Below, piece after piece: positions 49,053 through 60,600 of a DNA stretch of 64,000 bases (position 1 is its first letter; each line of letters opens with the position of its first letter). The notes under the pieces were generated by a model, which was not told where the DNA came from, made no database searches, and was given only the letters and a program-made list of their open reading frames with translations. A program made the position numbers and the translations under genes. The stretch covers positions 689,854-753,853 of the forward strand of contig JAKMXF010000066.1 of assembly GCA_024704765.1 (NCBI GenBank), in the 5' to 3' direction. This DNA is from Oopsacas minuta (taxonomy: Eukaryota > Animalia > Porifera).

Positions 49053-50507
49053 TTATCAGCCAGGGCCACAACATTATCAACAGGATTACAAATATCATCA
49101 AGAACAGAGGCATCCATATAATAAAAATCCAAACGGACAATTTGAAAAATCAGGTCAACACGATCAATTCCAGCCAAAAGCACCAGAAGCACATCCCCGT
49201 GACCAAAATGAACCAATACGCAAACAAGATGTTGAGAAACAACGGTCATTGAGTAATATCCATGAGGTGTATGATCACAAAAGGGGACCATTCTTGCCCC
49301 TCAAGAATGATGAATGGTTTAGAGGTGAGTATTTGGTAACTTTGTCCAAATATTTTTCCTTTTATTGAGCGATATCGACTTGAATATTGTATGTATTTTC
49401 ATGATCTAAAATAATGTATATAATACAGGTTATACTTACAATCCTACAACAGATGAGCCTATTTATCAACGTGTTGACAGAAGACAATATCCTGAACATA
49501 GACCTAATCCTAATCCTAATCCTGTGTACGCTACACTACCACCTGGACAACTACCACCACGACCAGTAGGAAGAGGAGGTGTGTATTTCTTTGTATATTT
49601 TCTCTGTTTCGATAACATGGGTTCCATACCCTAGTTAAGTTGGGGTTATTAAACTATGATTTTCCCTCTGTACACGCCATGGGGTGAGGTTATTAAATTC
49701 CTGACCTCACTCATTGTCGTTAGGATATACCTTAATTCTTATCAGGATTAATTACTGTTGTAGACAATAATGATATAATTGAGGGAGTTAATAATAGTAG
49801 AAAATAACTTTTTTATCTTATAATCTAATGAAAGTAATTTGCATTTGAAAGTAATATTTTGATACAAACCATCTGTGTATTAATTATTAGCTCTTTATTG
49901 CAATTTATCCACACACACACGCACCAAATGCTGTGCTTATTGTTATTCTGTGTGTAACAGTTGTTTTTAGTAGTTTTGATCTTTGAATGAGGTTGTTAAT
50001 ATATTCTTATATATTAAAACTTTTGTCAAAAGTATATTGAAGATCTGGTAAGAGCTACAAACTTGAAATATGGCATGTGTGTGGGATGTGATAAATCAAA
50101 GTTGAAATAATAATATTTAACAAAAACCTTCTAAACTGTCTGATAAAAGGTGACAAAATGTTTTGTGAAAATTTTGTAAACTATCCTATAATTCTGTTAA
50201 ATATTTTCATCAATTTGTAGAGGATATGACTGATGGATTTCTCGCTCAAGTGATTATAGCAGCTGAGAAAGAATGGCAACAAATAGGCACAATTCTCTTG
50301 AACGATTTCCCTAAGATTCTCCAGATTATTGATGAACGACAACAGGCCTATACCTCATCAATGTGTGTATTAAGAGAATGGAAAACTCGTTGGCAGACAT
50401 TAGGTCCAAGTTCCAATGTTATGCCTTATAATTATGATTCTCTGATATTTGCACTGGAAAGTGTTGGAAGGAAGGATCTTGTACACAAGTTTTTTCCAAG
50501 GAAATGA
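47546..50507 (+). CDS. 543-aa protein: three tandem ubiquitin-like domains, Gln/Pro-rich linker, C-terminal Death domain (exons 47546-47681, 48124-48687, 48830-49324, 49429-49578, 50221-50507)
   Basis: Four phase-1 GT-AG introns give a 1632-nt open frame; Ubl1 ...QLTFYHVGRILDEFKTFSQENIIKEATIQV; Death domain EWQQIGTILL...MCVLREWK...LIFALESVGRKDL. Confidence 0.85.
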
Positions 50508-50813
50508 TAAAAATCTTATTTGTATGTTATTAAGTTTTATTGAATTTTTTGAATATTTTACATTAAAATAATTGAATCTATACCGTATTGCGACTAAAGA
50601 TATTTTAGAAGCTTAACATGGTTACGGATCTGGTGAATAGGTATTTACATTCACCGTTATCTGAAAAGTACTGAAATAGGTTTACGTAAAATTACCATTG
50701 CACAACAAGCCACTGTTTTAATTGTGTCGACTATATTCTATTACAATACACAGTGTTATCTTTCTTATAGAAATAAACTGCGAGTATAGTGAGCAAAAAT
50801 ACAAAAATATCAT

Positions 50814-50950
50814 CTGTGCCGACAGCAGTTAAACTTCTATTAATTCCAGTCACTATATAATGTTGAATTCCCCCAGTATATACGTTTAGTGCCTCCGTTT
50901 ATACTGGCACTGGCATGAAATTCAATTACTATATTATGCTGTCGGCACAG
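50814..50950. mobile_element. Small MITE-like element with a 14-bp TIR (ctgtgccgacagca); related termini near 27400, 28537 and 29772-29855
   Basis: Inverted 14-mers; the motif ctgtcggcacagat recurs. Confidence 0.55.
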
Positions 50951-52241
50951 GTCATAATTTCAGATTTGTGGAGCTTAAAACTTCACTTCCTTTCAAAGTG
51001 AATTCTCCGCGGCGCTCTGAAAACTTCAGAAATTTCATATATATCAAATTCCATGTATATTTATTCTTTTATTTGATAAATAGGATGATAGCTGTATTAT
51101 TGCTAATGTTGAGTAACATAATTGTTGTTGCTCTGATAAACAAATTTGTTTATTCCTAACGCTCAATAAGTAGTTAAGTTAAAATTATTGGTAAATAATG
51201 TGTGATTAAAGTGGTTTCTAAACGGATGGGAAACAACAGACTCCAGATGTGAGACATTAATCATACAATTTATCTAGAAATTATGGCGCACTTAAAGCTG
51301 ACTATGAAAATATCAAAGTTGTATTTGCGTTGTCATTCATTAATGCGAAGTTCCTTTGAATACTAAATTCACAATAATTCAATATGCATAATTAGATTAT
51401 AATATTACTTACCTGTAGTTTGTTTCTATACTAAATTCCCCACACGTGTATTACATCCACTTTTATCAATATTTCATCGTTTCTATGTAATTGTGTGATT
51501 TACGAAATTAATTATCCCCGAATTGTGTGCATCGTTCGCCACTTGGCGAAAAGAAACTATACCATCTACATTTCCGCCACCTTTTGCGTTACGCCATATA
51601 CTAGTGCTCCAGTAGTCTGTTTAGGATGGCTACGTTACTGCCATGAATGATACGCTACGAATGTCATGTCATGTAAGTATTTCGAAGTTTTCAAGAAAGT
51701 TCAAAGCTTTCCTTGAAATTTTACAAATTCTGAGCACTTTTTGTTATCTGATAAGCTCCAAGAAGATTCATTAAAGGATTCTACTGATTGCATTATATTA
51801 TCTGGCACAGTATCTAATATAATTACCAGATTCTAAATTTAGAATTTTGGGATTTCTTGAACATGCGAGAAGTGGGGGGTATTAGTGAATAAGCTCTAGC
51901 TAGTCAGGGAAATTTGCTCGAATAGTAGCACCCTTCAAAGAAAGCTTCCCTCGCTGAGGGTGTAGTCAAATACCAACGAAGTAACCATGGAAACTGGGAC
52001 ATGATTTGTGGGAGTTTGCGAATTAATCCATGCGATTATTCTTATCAAATTGCTAACGATTTCATTAATAAGACATTATTACCCAAAATATGTTTCCTTG
52101 TGTGCTCTAATTCCTGGATTATTTTGTTACACAACTTGTCGTCTGGCCTGTTGGTCTATTGATTACGCTATCCACTAACTTGTACCTGATTAGTATATAT
52201 AGTAAAACTGGAGAGAGTTCATGAAACAAAAATAATCTGTA

Positions 52242-53252
52242 ATGAATAATATGAAGGTTGTAATCGCCCCCGCAATTTCATATATTGCAACAGGCCGTGA
52301 TATTACGCTGAGACTGATTTCGAGTTTGGAAATAAAACTTGAGAAAAGATGGAATAAAATCGATGAAGAGGGGAACATTTTTGAATTGGATGGACACGAC
52401 GAGGACACTTTGTATGTGGGTCCAATTTCAGAATTCGATTATGGAACTTATTTTTGCGAGGTTCGTGTTACCGGCGAGGATCATTTCTTTAGAACTGAAT
52501 CAGCGAGAGTTTTACGACCAGAAGCAAGGCCAAATGGTGTCCAAAAATCTTTTAATAAATATGGCATTTCTTTGTCAATTTCAACTAGGAATAATCGACT
52601 ACCATCTACGTCGTCCTTGTCACCCGGCGTATCGCCAAGACATCCATACTTCAAGGGATACGCAAACAAACAGCTAAAGAGTACATTTACCTTGACAACG
52701 GAGAGGAATGTAATTACACCGGACCAAGAATTACCAAGAGTATCGGTCGATTCGTCAGATAGTAGTAGCTCATATTGCCCCAGAGAGGATAACTTATCCT
52801 TGTCAGAACTCCCGAAAATCCGGCCGAATCGTATTTTTAGAAGGGACTCTAATCTTTCTTCTGAATCAGACATTTTCCACGAAAATACTCAGTTGACTAG
52901 CACCCCCCTTGGGTGTCCGGAGACACCGGATTGGTCTCTGGGATCCTCTGGGTATGCGATAGCCTCTCCCTCATTGAATGATTCAAATGTATCCAGTCCT
53001 CTACCTAGTCCTATCTCACAATTACGGACTACTTTCTATGAAATGGCCGCTCTCCCGATACGTTCATCTCTCTCACGTCTCTCCACACGATCTGAACAAA
53101 TCTACAGACCGCAATACAATAACGAACACGACTTCCGGTTAGCAGGCTACCAACAAGACTCCCTAAAGACTCCCTCCTTCGATGTAACGCCTAGAAAATC
53201 TCATTTTCGTTTTTCGATAAGATCAACTTCTGACTATAACTCGAATAAATAG
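52242..53252 (+). CDS. N-terminal intracellular Ig domain (same family as the 4-11 kb cluster) plus a Ser/Pro/Arg-rich disordered tail, 336 aa
   Basis: RW.KID...ELDGHDEDTLYVGPISEFDYGTYFCEV; no signal peptide or TM. Confidence 0.85.
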   Translation: MNNMKVVIAPAISYIATGRDITLRLISSLEIKLEKRWNKIDEEGNIFELDGHDEDTLYVGPISEFDYGTYFCEVRVTGEDHFFRTESARVLRPEARPNGVQKSFNKYGISLSISTRNNRLPSTSSLSPGVSPRHPYFKGYANKQLKSTFTLTTERNVITPDQELPRVSVDSSDSSSSYCPREDNLSLSELPKIRPNRIFRRDSNLSSESDIFHENTQLTSTPLGCPETPDWSLGSSGYAIASPSLNDSNVSSPLPSPISQLRTTFYEMAALPIRSSLSRLSTRSEQIYRPQYNNEHDFRLAGYQQDSLKTPSFDVTPRKSHFRFSIRSTSDYNSNK

Positions 53253-53671
53253 CTTAGAATTTAATTTTCTGCTTTGAACAGATTTTCCCTTTATTTTCCT
53301 GAAAGATATTATTTATTGATTTATTTCTTAGTTTTGTAATGCTTTTTATTCAATTAAATTCCCTCTTTGAATGCCTTTGAGACTGTTATGTTGTCAGGTA
53401 AATGAGTGAAAGAATTTCCCTCTTAAAACGTAAAATATTAATACATGCCGGATATAACTCCATCCTCTGGAGAACTGTTCTCATATGTTCCTGTATATTT
53501 ATGCTCGTTATAAGAGCCTGTATTGCTACTCCCAAGGGTGTTACACTGTTCTTCCCTAGTTACCAAATAATACCTGTGGAATGCTCTCCTCCTGCACAGG
53601 AGACGATCTCTCAAACCCAAACTCAAATATTTTTAATTCTGTTAATCCCTTATTAGATAATTAGAACAAGT

Positions 53672-55225
53672 ATGTCACACGTACTAGCTATTGACATCGG
53701 TTCTACTAGCATTAAATGTATAGCAGTTAACAAGCAGGGGCAGCAGGTATCACACAGTCAGAATCCTATAACTACACTAAGACCGGAGGCAGGATGGGTG
53801 GAAATAGATCCGCACCATATATGGGAAGTTTGTAAGTCTGTTATATTGGAGAATGTAAGGAAAGGAGGATTTGATATCAAAGAGATTGTAGGATTAGGCA
53901 TAGCTTGTCAGAGAAATACTTTCACGTTATGGCGGCGATCTACGGGTGAGCCTGTGATTAACTTTTTGTCCTGGCAAGACTTGAGAAGTTTAGAATTATG
54001 TAAGGAATGGAATGAATCGAATACTTTCAAAGCTATTCGATTCGGTTCTAAGATATTACGAGGCATTACACATGCGGATAAATTCATCGCTAGTAGTATC
54101 TTACAATTCACTCCTCAACACGCGGTAATTCGTCTATACTGGGTGTTCAAAAATATGCCGAATATCCTGAAACTCGGAAATGATAACGATCTCTGTTTCG
54201 GCACGATTGACACTTGGCTTGTGTGGAAATTCACAAATGGCCGCATGCATATCACGGACTATTCTAACGCATCCTCCACTGTTATCTTCGATCCTTTCAC
54301 GATGACATGGTCCACCATGCTCTGTAATTTGCTAGGATTTCCTATGTCGATACTTCCAGAGATAAAACTAACTTCTGAGGAATATTGTCGAATTGATGAG
54401 AATATTTTCGGTGTTTCATTTCCAATCGGCGCCTTGGTAGCTGACCAATCAGCTTCTGCATTTGCGAATAGGTGTTGGAAAAAAGGAGACATTAAAATGA
54501 CGCTAGGCACCGGAGGTTTTATAGATATATGTCAGGGACAGGAGTGTCGGGCTTCTCTTAGGGGATACTACCCTCTCATCGGATGGGTGGACAAGAGGGG
54601 ACCTAATTTCATAACGGAGAGTAACATACCGTCAATGGGAACGACCATTGAATGGGCTATGTCATTAGGTTTGTGTACTGTCATTGAAGAGTTGAGTGAT
54701 ATCGCTAATTCGGTCTCTACCTCTAACGGTGTTGTGTTTGTACCAAGTTTAGGAGGTCTCCCCGCCCCATTTGAGGAGTACAATACTGACGGAGCTTTCA
54801 TGGGACTAAACTTAAGAATGAACACTGCTAATATGGTTCGAGCTATTTTAGAAGGGTTAGCTTTCCAGATTAGGTGTCTATACGAAATAGCACAAGAGGA
54901 AGGACTAGTTGTTCCTACTGATGCTTCGATTATAGCTGACGGGGGAGTTTCTAAGTGTACCTTCTTAATGCAGGAAGTGTCCAATCTGATCGGCCGTAAA
55001 ATTGTGTGTCCGTTAAATGTGGACACTACTGCCACGGGGGCAGCATACTTGGCAGGGTTGGGGTTAGGATTCTGGAAAGAGGCAAGAGAGATACAAGATT
55101 TCTGGAAGACAGGAAGTCAATATGAACCCCAGACAGTCTCAAAAGAGACCAAACAATCTTTTACGAAATGGAGCGAGGCAATAAGAGCTACTCTACAGTA
55201 TTCATCTAGAATAGCTAAGATATGA
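53672..55225 (+). CDS. GK5: Glycerol kinase 5 (FGGY family), intronless, 517 aa
   Basis: LAIDIGSTS, GWVEIDP, NFLSWQDLR, CFGTIDTWL, TDYSNAS, ALVADQ, KMTLGTGGF, YPLIGW, ADGGV motifs; closest to recalled GK5. Confidence 0.95.
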   Translation: MSHVLAIDIGSTSIKCIAVNKQGQQVSHSQNPITTLRPEAGWVEIDPHHIWEVCKSVILENVRKGGFDIKEIVGLGIACQRNTFTLWRRSTGEPVINFLSWQDLRSLELCKEWNESNTFKAIRFGSKILRGITHADKFIASSILQFTPQHAVIRLYWVFKNMPNILKLGNDNDLCFGTIDTWLVWKFTNGRMHITDYSNASSTVIFDPFTMTWSTMLCNLLGFPMSILPEIKLTSEEYCRIDENIFGVSFPIGALVADQSASAFANRCWKKGDIKMTLGTGGFIDICQGQECRASLRGYYPLIGWVDKRGPNFITESNIPSMGTTIEWAMSLGLCTVIEELSDIANSVSTSNGVVFVPSLGGLPAPFEEYNTDGAFMGLNLRMNTANMVRAILEGLAFQIRCLYEIAQEEGLVVPTDASIIADGGVSKCTFLMQEVSNLIGRKIVCPLNVDTTATGAAYLAGLGLGFWKEAREIQDFWKTGSQYEPQTVSKETKQSFTKWSEAIRATLQYSSRIAKI

Positions 55226-55447
55226 ATATTCTTTATTGTTGTTTATTATTTATATATTTCACGCAGGAGATTGTTTATTTCATTCTTTTATATTTTCTAT
55301 TAAGCTAGGTGATATTAAACGGCCACTTTGACGAACATATTTAAATCATCCGTTGGTATTTGTATTATCGAGGTTGTTATGTCTCCCTTCCCTAGTTACG
55401 ACAATACTCCATAGCTATTTATACTTTAAATCACCTCTAAAATTAGA

Positions 55448-57331
55448 ATGAGGATAATCACTTTATTCACTCGGAAACTTGATCTCCCAATCTTACGTCA
55501 CTTCAGCACTCTCCCTTCTCTTACTCCATCACAAGATCCACCCCCTGTAGACGAACCGACAAACCTCATAGTTAAGGCCATGTCTACAAAATTTCTCGAT
55601 AACACCAAGCCCCACAAATATCAAACAATTCCACATCCACATAGTTATGATGTCACACATTGTATGGTGTTTGTTAGTAGTTACATAGCAGCTCTGCATA
55701 ATCTTGATTGCCCAGATTTAGACCCGTTACTAAGGAATTTGGAGGAATGTTGGTGTGAAATTTTAGAATATTTTCACCTAAAAGAGCACCCAAAGAATAA
55801 TTATTATTATTTACTTCATGAAGTGGCGAATACGAATATTTTCAGAGAGAATATATTCGCATTCCGAACTGAATTTCAAATACAGACTTTTAATTTGATA
55901 TATGAGATGAAAATATTATCACCTTTGCTCTTAAGAATTTCTCAGAAAATCAGAAAAACTAAAAACTTTGGTGTCAATGAATATGAACGTTTGTCGTCTC
56001 TTCTTTTCAATTCAGGAAATGTCCAATATAATCATATTTCAAATTACAAATCAGAGAGAAATCGTTCCAAGCTATTCTTTGATTTGATAGATGAGATGAA
56101 GTCTTTGCTTCTGAAACCTACGAAACAAATATGTATGCAAGCGTTAGAAAGTTTATTCCATGTAAACAATAGACGAAATGAACGAACAATAACGTTAGTC
56201 CGATCGGTAATATCTGAACACCCCGAGCTAGCTAGAGACCCTCGTGTTATCGTTCTTTCAAGTCGCACATCAGGAAAACTGGACTTAATCCAAGCTACAG
56301 AGAACATGACCTTACAGAACTGCCCCGTGAATGAATACTCGATACAGGAATTGTTAGATGGAATGATTTACGGTGGGGAGATGTCTTTAGATTCACACGG
56401 TACTTATATACCATCTTTCAAATCGCTGAAACTTACAATTAACGTTGCTACTAACGAACTTTTACCATTTCTAACAAGTAAACATCTTGACTTATTATTT
56501 CGCGCTATACGAGCAGTTGATTTAGACAGGTTAGCTGTTCGTATTTATTTACTTACTAGGGATAAGGGGCTGTATCCAGGGGAACACGGTTTTGAGGACT
56601 TAATGTTCACGGTAGCTCGAAATTCAAACAGTAGGAATCCAGTTCTCCATATCTGGTATGATATTTGTGATAGGTACTATGGATCACCACCTCCCTGGGC
56701 TTACAGGGTCCTGATTCGAGCCTTATGTTACGACAAGAAGTACCCCACTACTGGTGCTGAAATATTCAAGAGAATACTCCGCATTAGGCTTGAGAAAGAC
56801 TCGATTAAGACTCCATCTGCCGACCATTGGGCTTGGTCGAGTGATATGTGTATTGCTAAGATCCAAGCGTATTCATGGGCGTACGCAGCCCAAGATGTCA
56901 TACAGGTTGTCAAGGAAATAATTGCCTTAAATGTACCTCTTACACCGAAGTTAATTGAAACTCTTTTTATGCCAAATTTCAACCATCCATCTCTTCAGTC
57001 TTATCTCCCAATTGTCCTTCAATTATTATTTGAAACCAATTATCCATTGTGTAGTTCCAGCATCAAGAGGGGTATCGCTAACCGTCTCCATCGGTCCCAA
57101 GCCTTGGCTTATCGCAAGGGACGGAGGAACTTTTCATACCAAATATTAGGGAAAGATCTTGCCTTCGAATTTGACATTGATAGTTCAGCAGTTAGGAACC
57201 GAATAAATGGAACTGTTGCTGATATCGTAGTGAAATTAATATTAGACGAGAATTACATTTGTAGGAATTATGAAGCGATTAATGTTATGTCGAAAGTAAG
57301 TGATATTAAAAATTACTTCTTTTATCTGTGA
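55448..57331 (+). CDS. 627-aa intronless protein, probable mitochondrial presequence, helical (PPR-like) C-terminal half
   Basis: Long ORF; N-terminus MRIITLFTRKLDLPILRHFSTL; PPWAYRVLIRALC resembles a PPR start. Confidence 0.7.
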   Translation: MRIITLFTRKLDLPILRHFSTLPSLTPSQDPPPVDEPTNLIVKAMSTKFLDNTKPHKYQTIPHPHSYDVTHCMVFVSSYIAALHNLDCPDLDPLLRNLEECWCEILEYFHLKEHPKNNYYYLLHEVANTNIFRENIFAFRTEFQIQTFNLIYEMKILSPLLLRISQKIRKTKNFGVNEYERLSSLLFNSGNVQYNHISNYKSERNRSKLFFDLIDEMKSLLLKPTKQICMQALESLFHVNNRRNERTITLVRSVISEHPELARDPRVIVLSSRTSGKLDLIQATENMTLQNCPVNEYSIQELLDGMIYGGEMSLDSHGTYIPSFKSLKLTINVATNELLPFLTSKHLDLLFRAIRAVDLDRLAVRIYLLTRDKGLYPGEHGFEDLMFTVARNSNSRNPVLHIWYDICDRYYGSPPPWAYRVLIRALCYDKKYPTTGAEIFKRILRIRLEKDSIKTPSADHWAWSSDMCIAKIQAYSWAYAAQDVIQVVKEIIALNVPLTPKLIETLFMPNFNHPSLQSYLPIVLQLLFETNYPLCSSSIKRGIANRLHRSQALAYRKGRRNFSYQILGKDLAFEFDIDSSAVRNRINGTVADIVVKLILDENYICRNYEAINVMSKVSDIKNYFFYL

Positions 57332-57360
57332 ATTATTTTAATTTGTATTTTTCATAAATT

Positions 57361-57520
57361 ACAGTCCTGTTATATCGAACACGGACTTATTGAAATACCC
57401 GCTTATATCCAAGTCTGGAAATGCACACATATGGTCCCAAACCGTCAGAATAACATATTTCATCGATTATATCTCAGTAATTACGGTCCCTTGAGCTTCG
57501 ATATAGCGGAGGTAACAATT
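57361..57520. mobile_element. Tigger/pogo-like MITE; related copies ~3493-3655, ~61140-61222, ~11897 and 63923-64000
   Basis: TACAGTC...TTATATC starts, shared core atacccgcttatat...atatggtcccaaacc...gagcttcgata. Confidence 0.7.
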
Positions 57521-57602
57521 CCGTGAAAATATGTATTCTATAATCCATGGTACTTTTTACATTACTCATCGCTAGATTCAATAATTCCTCATTTCTGACT
57601 AT

Positions 57603-60600
57603 ATGGCACGCTACGAACCTCCACCAGGTGCTAGATACAGGATGCCAGGACCTAGATGTCCTCCCTTCCCTCACGGAGGTATGTATGGTCCTCCAGGTCC
57701 AGGTCCGGGCCCAGGCCCAAGGGGTCCACCACCTCTATACGATCGTCCTTACCCTCCGCATTATGACTCAGAGCCCATTGAAGATTATGACGATCAGTAT
57801 GACGATAGGTTCCAGCATGACTACCCAGATGACTGCGAGGAATTTCAGGATTATTATCAAGACCAACAACAAATAGGTCCACCACCACCACCAATGGGAC
57901 CTCTACCTCCTCCAAATTTTGACCGTGGACCCCCTATAGGGAACAGACCGATGTGTCCGCCTCCTATGGCTCCGAGATACCCACCACCGGGCCCACCTCC
58001 TCCTGAGATAACTCCTCCCCCCAGAAATCCTGCTCCAGTTATGAGGTGAGTTCAATTCACAGTCTCAGATATGTTTGAATAATATGCACACCCAATTTGA
58101 ACAATAGAATACATTCTGAGTAAACCCTCAAATCTGATAGGTTAAAGCATCTGTCAAACCTTCGGTAATTGATTGAATATATTTCTTGTAAATATTTACA
58201 AATTATTCTAGATTTGAAACTGAGAAAACAGAGGAACCAAAGAGGCACACAGAAATCCCGCCTCTAGAGTTGATAAGACCCCCGGGCATGCCTCCGATTC
58301 CCATCCCCCCTATGGGTCTACCTCTCCTCTCTTCAACTGCAGGGATACCTCTCCCCCCAATGCCACCACCTCTAATCCCAAATATGACATCAAGTCAGTT
58401 ATTTATTTATTGAAACTTCTTTCAGCTTCACGGCCCGCATCAAGTTTACCTGCCAACATGAGTATTGCCATTATTTCACATATTTACTGATTTTGTCATC
58501 ACAGACCTCCTTTAACACGCTTAATTAACATATTTCGAAAGTTTCCATGAACTTCATGTGGAGCTGAAACAAGTTTCTCATTAACAGGAGTCTTAATGTT
58601 ATTATTATTATTTTCTCTCTAGTACGTATGCCAGTACCTGTTGTAGCAGGCCACCCTCAACTAGCTATCATACCAGTAGTACAACAGAACGATAAACCAA
58701 TGGAAATATCTAAACAGGATCAAACAGTAAGTAATATATTTACAACAAAATATGAACCCGAAAGTGAATTATAGCGCTATAGGAATGATTTATTTGGACT
58801 AGGGATGTGTTCATAAAAGCCCCATTTGTTATTAAGGGATAAAGAGTCATTAAATATTCAAACAAACAAACAAACCAATATTTATATACATCTCTTATAT
58901 CTCTATCTTAGGAACAAGTCACTGAAGAAACAGACAAATTAACCTTAATAGAAAAACCCACCCAAACAGAATCAGTAAATGTAACTCAACCTATATCTAT
59001 TCCCGAGGCAAATATTGTCAATAACAACAACATAATCACATCACAAACACAACTACAACCACAAATACAAACAGTTCCAGATCAGATAATCATACAGCAG
59101 CCTTGTGTCATTCAAGCTGAAGTAGTTAATTATCCTATCATATCTCTAGGACTGTCTGACTCTCAAAATATTCAGTTAGATGTAAGTAACATTAGTGTTC
59201 TTAAAATAGGAAGTTTAAGCTATGAATATTTTCACACCAATTAAAGTGTGCTATACATTTATGGAGTTCGGTTTCGACATTTCTTCAAAATCAAATATTG
59301 ATATTTTCACATGTTTAGCAAATAATAATATAATAATATTTATTCTAGGCTAATGTATCTGAGATGAGAACAGCTACAACTGTGTTTATTGGTGATATTT
59401 CTGATAAAGTTTCAGACACTCTTGTTAGACAACTTCTACAGGTTTGTTGTTCCTTCAAGTTTGTTTGTTTTTTTCTGGAATTATATTAGTAGCTATGACT
59501 TTTGTATGTGGTTGTACTGTTGGCGTGTGCAAATAAAATTACCTGTGCTTTGTTTCAAATAATTATGGTTGGATTATTATGTGACTCACGATCACTTAAC
59601 AATTAATATTCTTTAGGAATGTGGGAACGTAAAAGCATGGAAGAGAGTGCAAGGTGCTACTAGAGATCTACAAGGTATAGTTTCTTATATCTTGTATATT
59701 TTTGTGTTTTTTTGTCCGTGTTTATTGAAAAACAGGTAAGAGCTACAAACTTGATATTTGGTATGAGAGTAGAATATGATATATCTAGGAGAAATCTCAA
59801 AACTCTCTGAGATAGGTGACAAATGCCTTAACCTATCAGATTAGAGGGGTTACTCCATGGCTGTTATTCTCTTTGATATATTAAGGTGGTTGGTAGTCAT
59901 TATTAGTGCGTATCTGAAACTGTGAATTGATTGGCTTAGGCCTTAGGGGGGTGAAATCCTGCCTTGGGCCACCACTGAGAATAAGAGATTTTGTCCCAAG
60001 TTCGCCCTGGGCATGCCTGGTACTGGGACCGCTCTCGGTGACGTGATGTAGTAGGTATAATTTTGTTTCCCGAGGAGGTGTGTGTTTCCGAGTTCTACTG
60101 TACGTATTATAAGATTATATTTGTAGCTTTTGGATTCTGTGAATTTGCAGATCAAGATTCAACACTACGAGCATTGAGAGTTCTAACGAATTTGAGTTTA
60201 GGAGGAAAGAAGCTGGTAATTAAAGTAGCGGACAAATCTAAACCTCAGTTTTTGAGATATATTGAGAATAAAAAGAGAGCGAAACAAGGATTATCTCCTC
60301 TTCCCGAATTAGCTGAGGTATTATACGTATTTATTGTTATTGTTAATTATCAACATATTTGTAGTTACTTTGGTTGTTAAGGTGACTACACAGTTGGGTT
60401 TCAGCTGTTAAGAGACGTGTGTATTTATTCGATATTATTTAGGGAGTGGATACTTCTGAAGAGGCAGATAAGATTACTGATGAACAGTTATATCAACAAG
60501 ATGAAGAACTGGATAATGATGTTAAGGTAGGTTAATATTTCCTTTATCACTTCTATCAACTCCAGTGGTTGTGAGGATCGGCCCTGCCCCCATGTCTGCC

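Noticed and set aside
48908-49291. Poly-Val (minus strand) and poly-Asn (alternative frame) ORFs
   Set aside because: Shadows of the (CAA)n poly-Gln exon
53908-55035. Antisense ORFs within GK5, and similar ones in the LRR-EGF, 52242 and 55448 genes
   Set aside because: Expected opposite-strand shadows of real coding sequence with no domain signal
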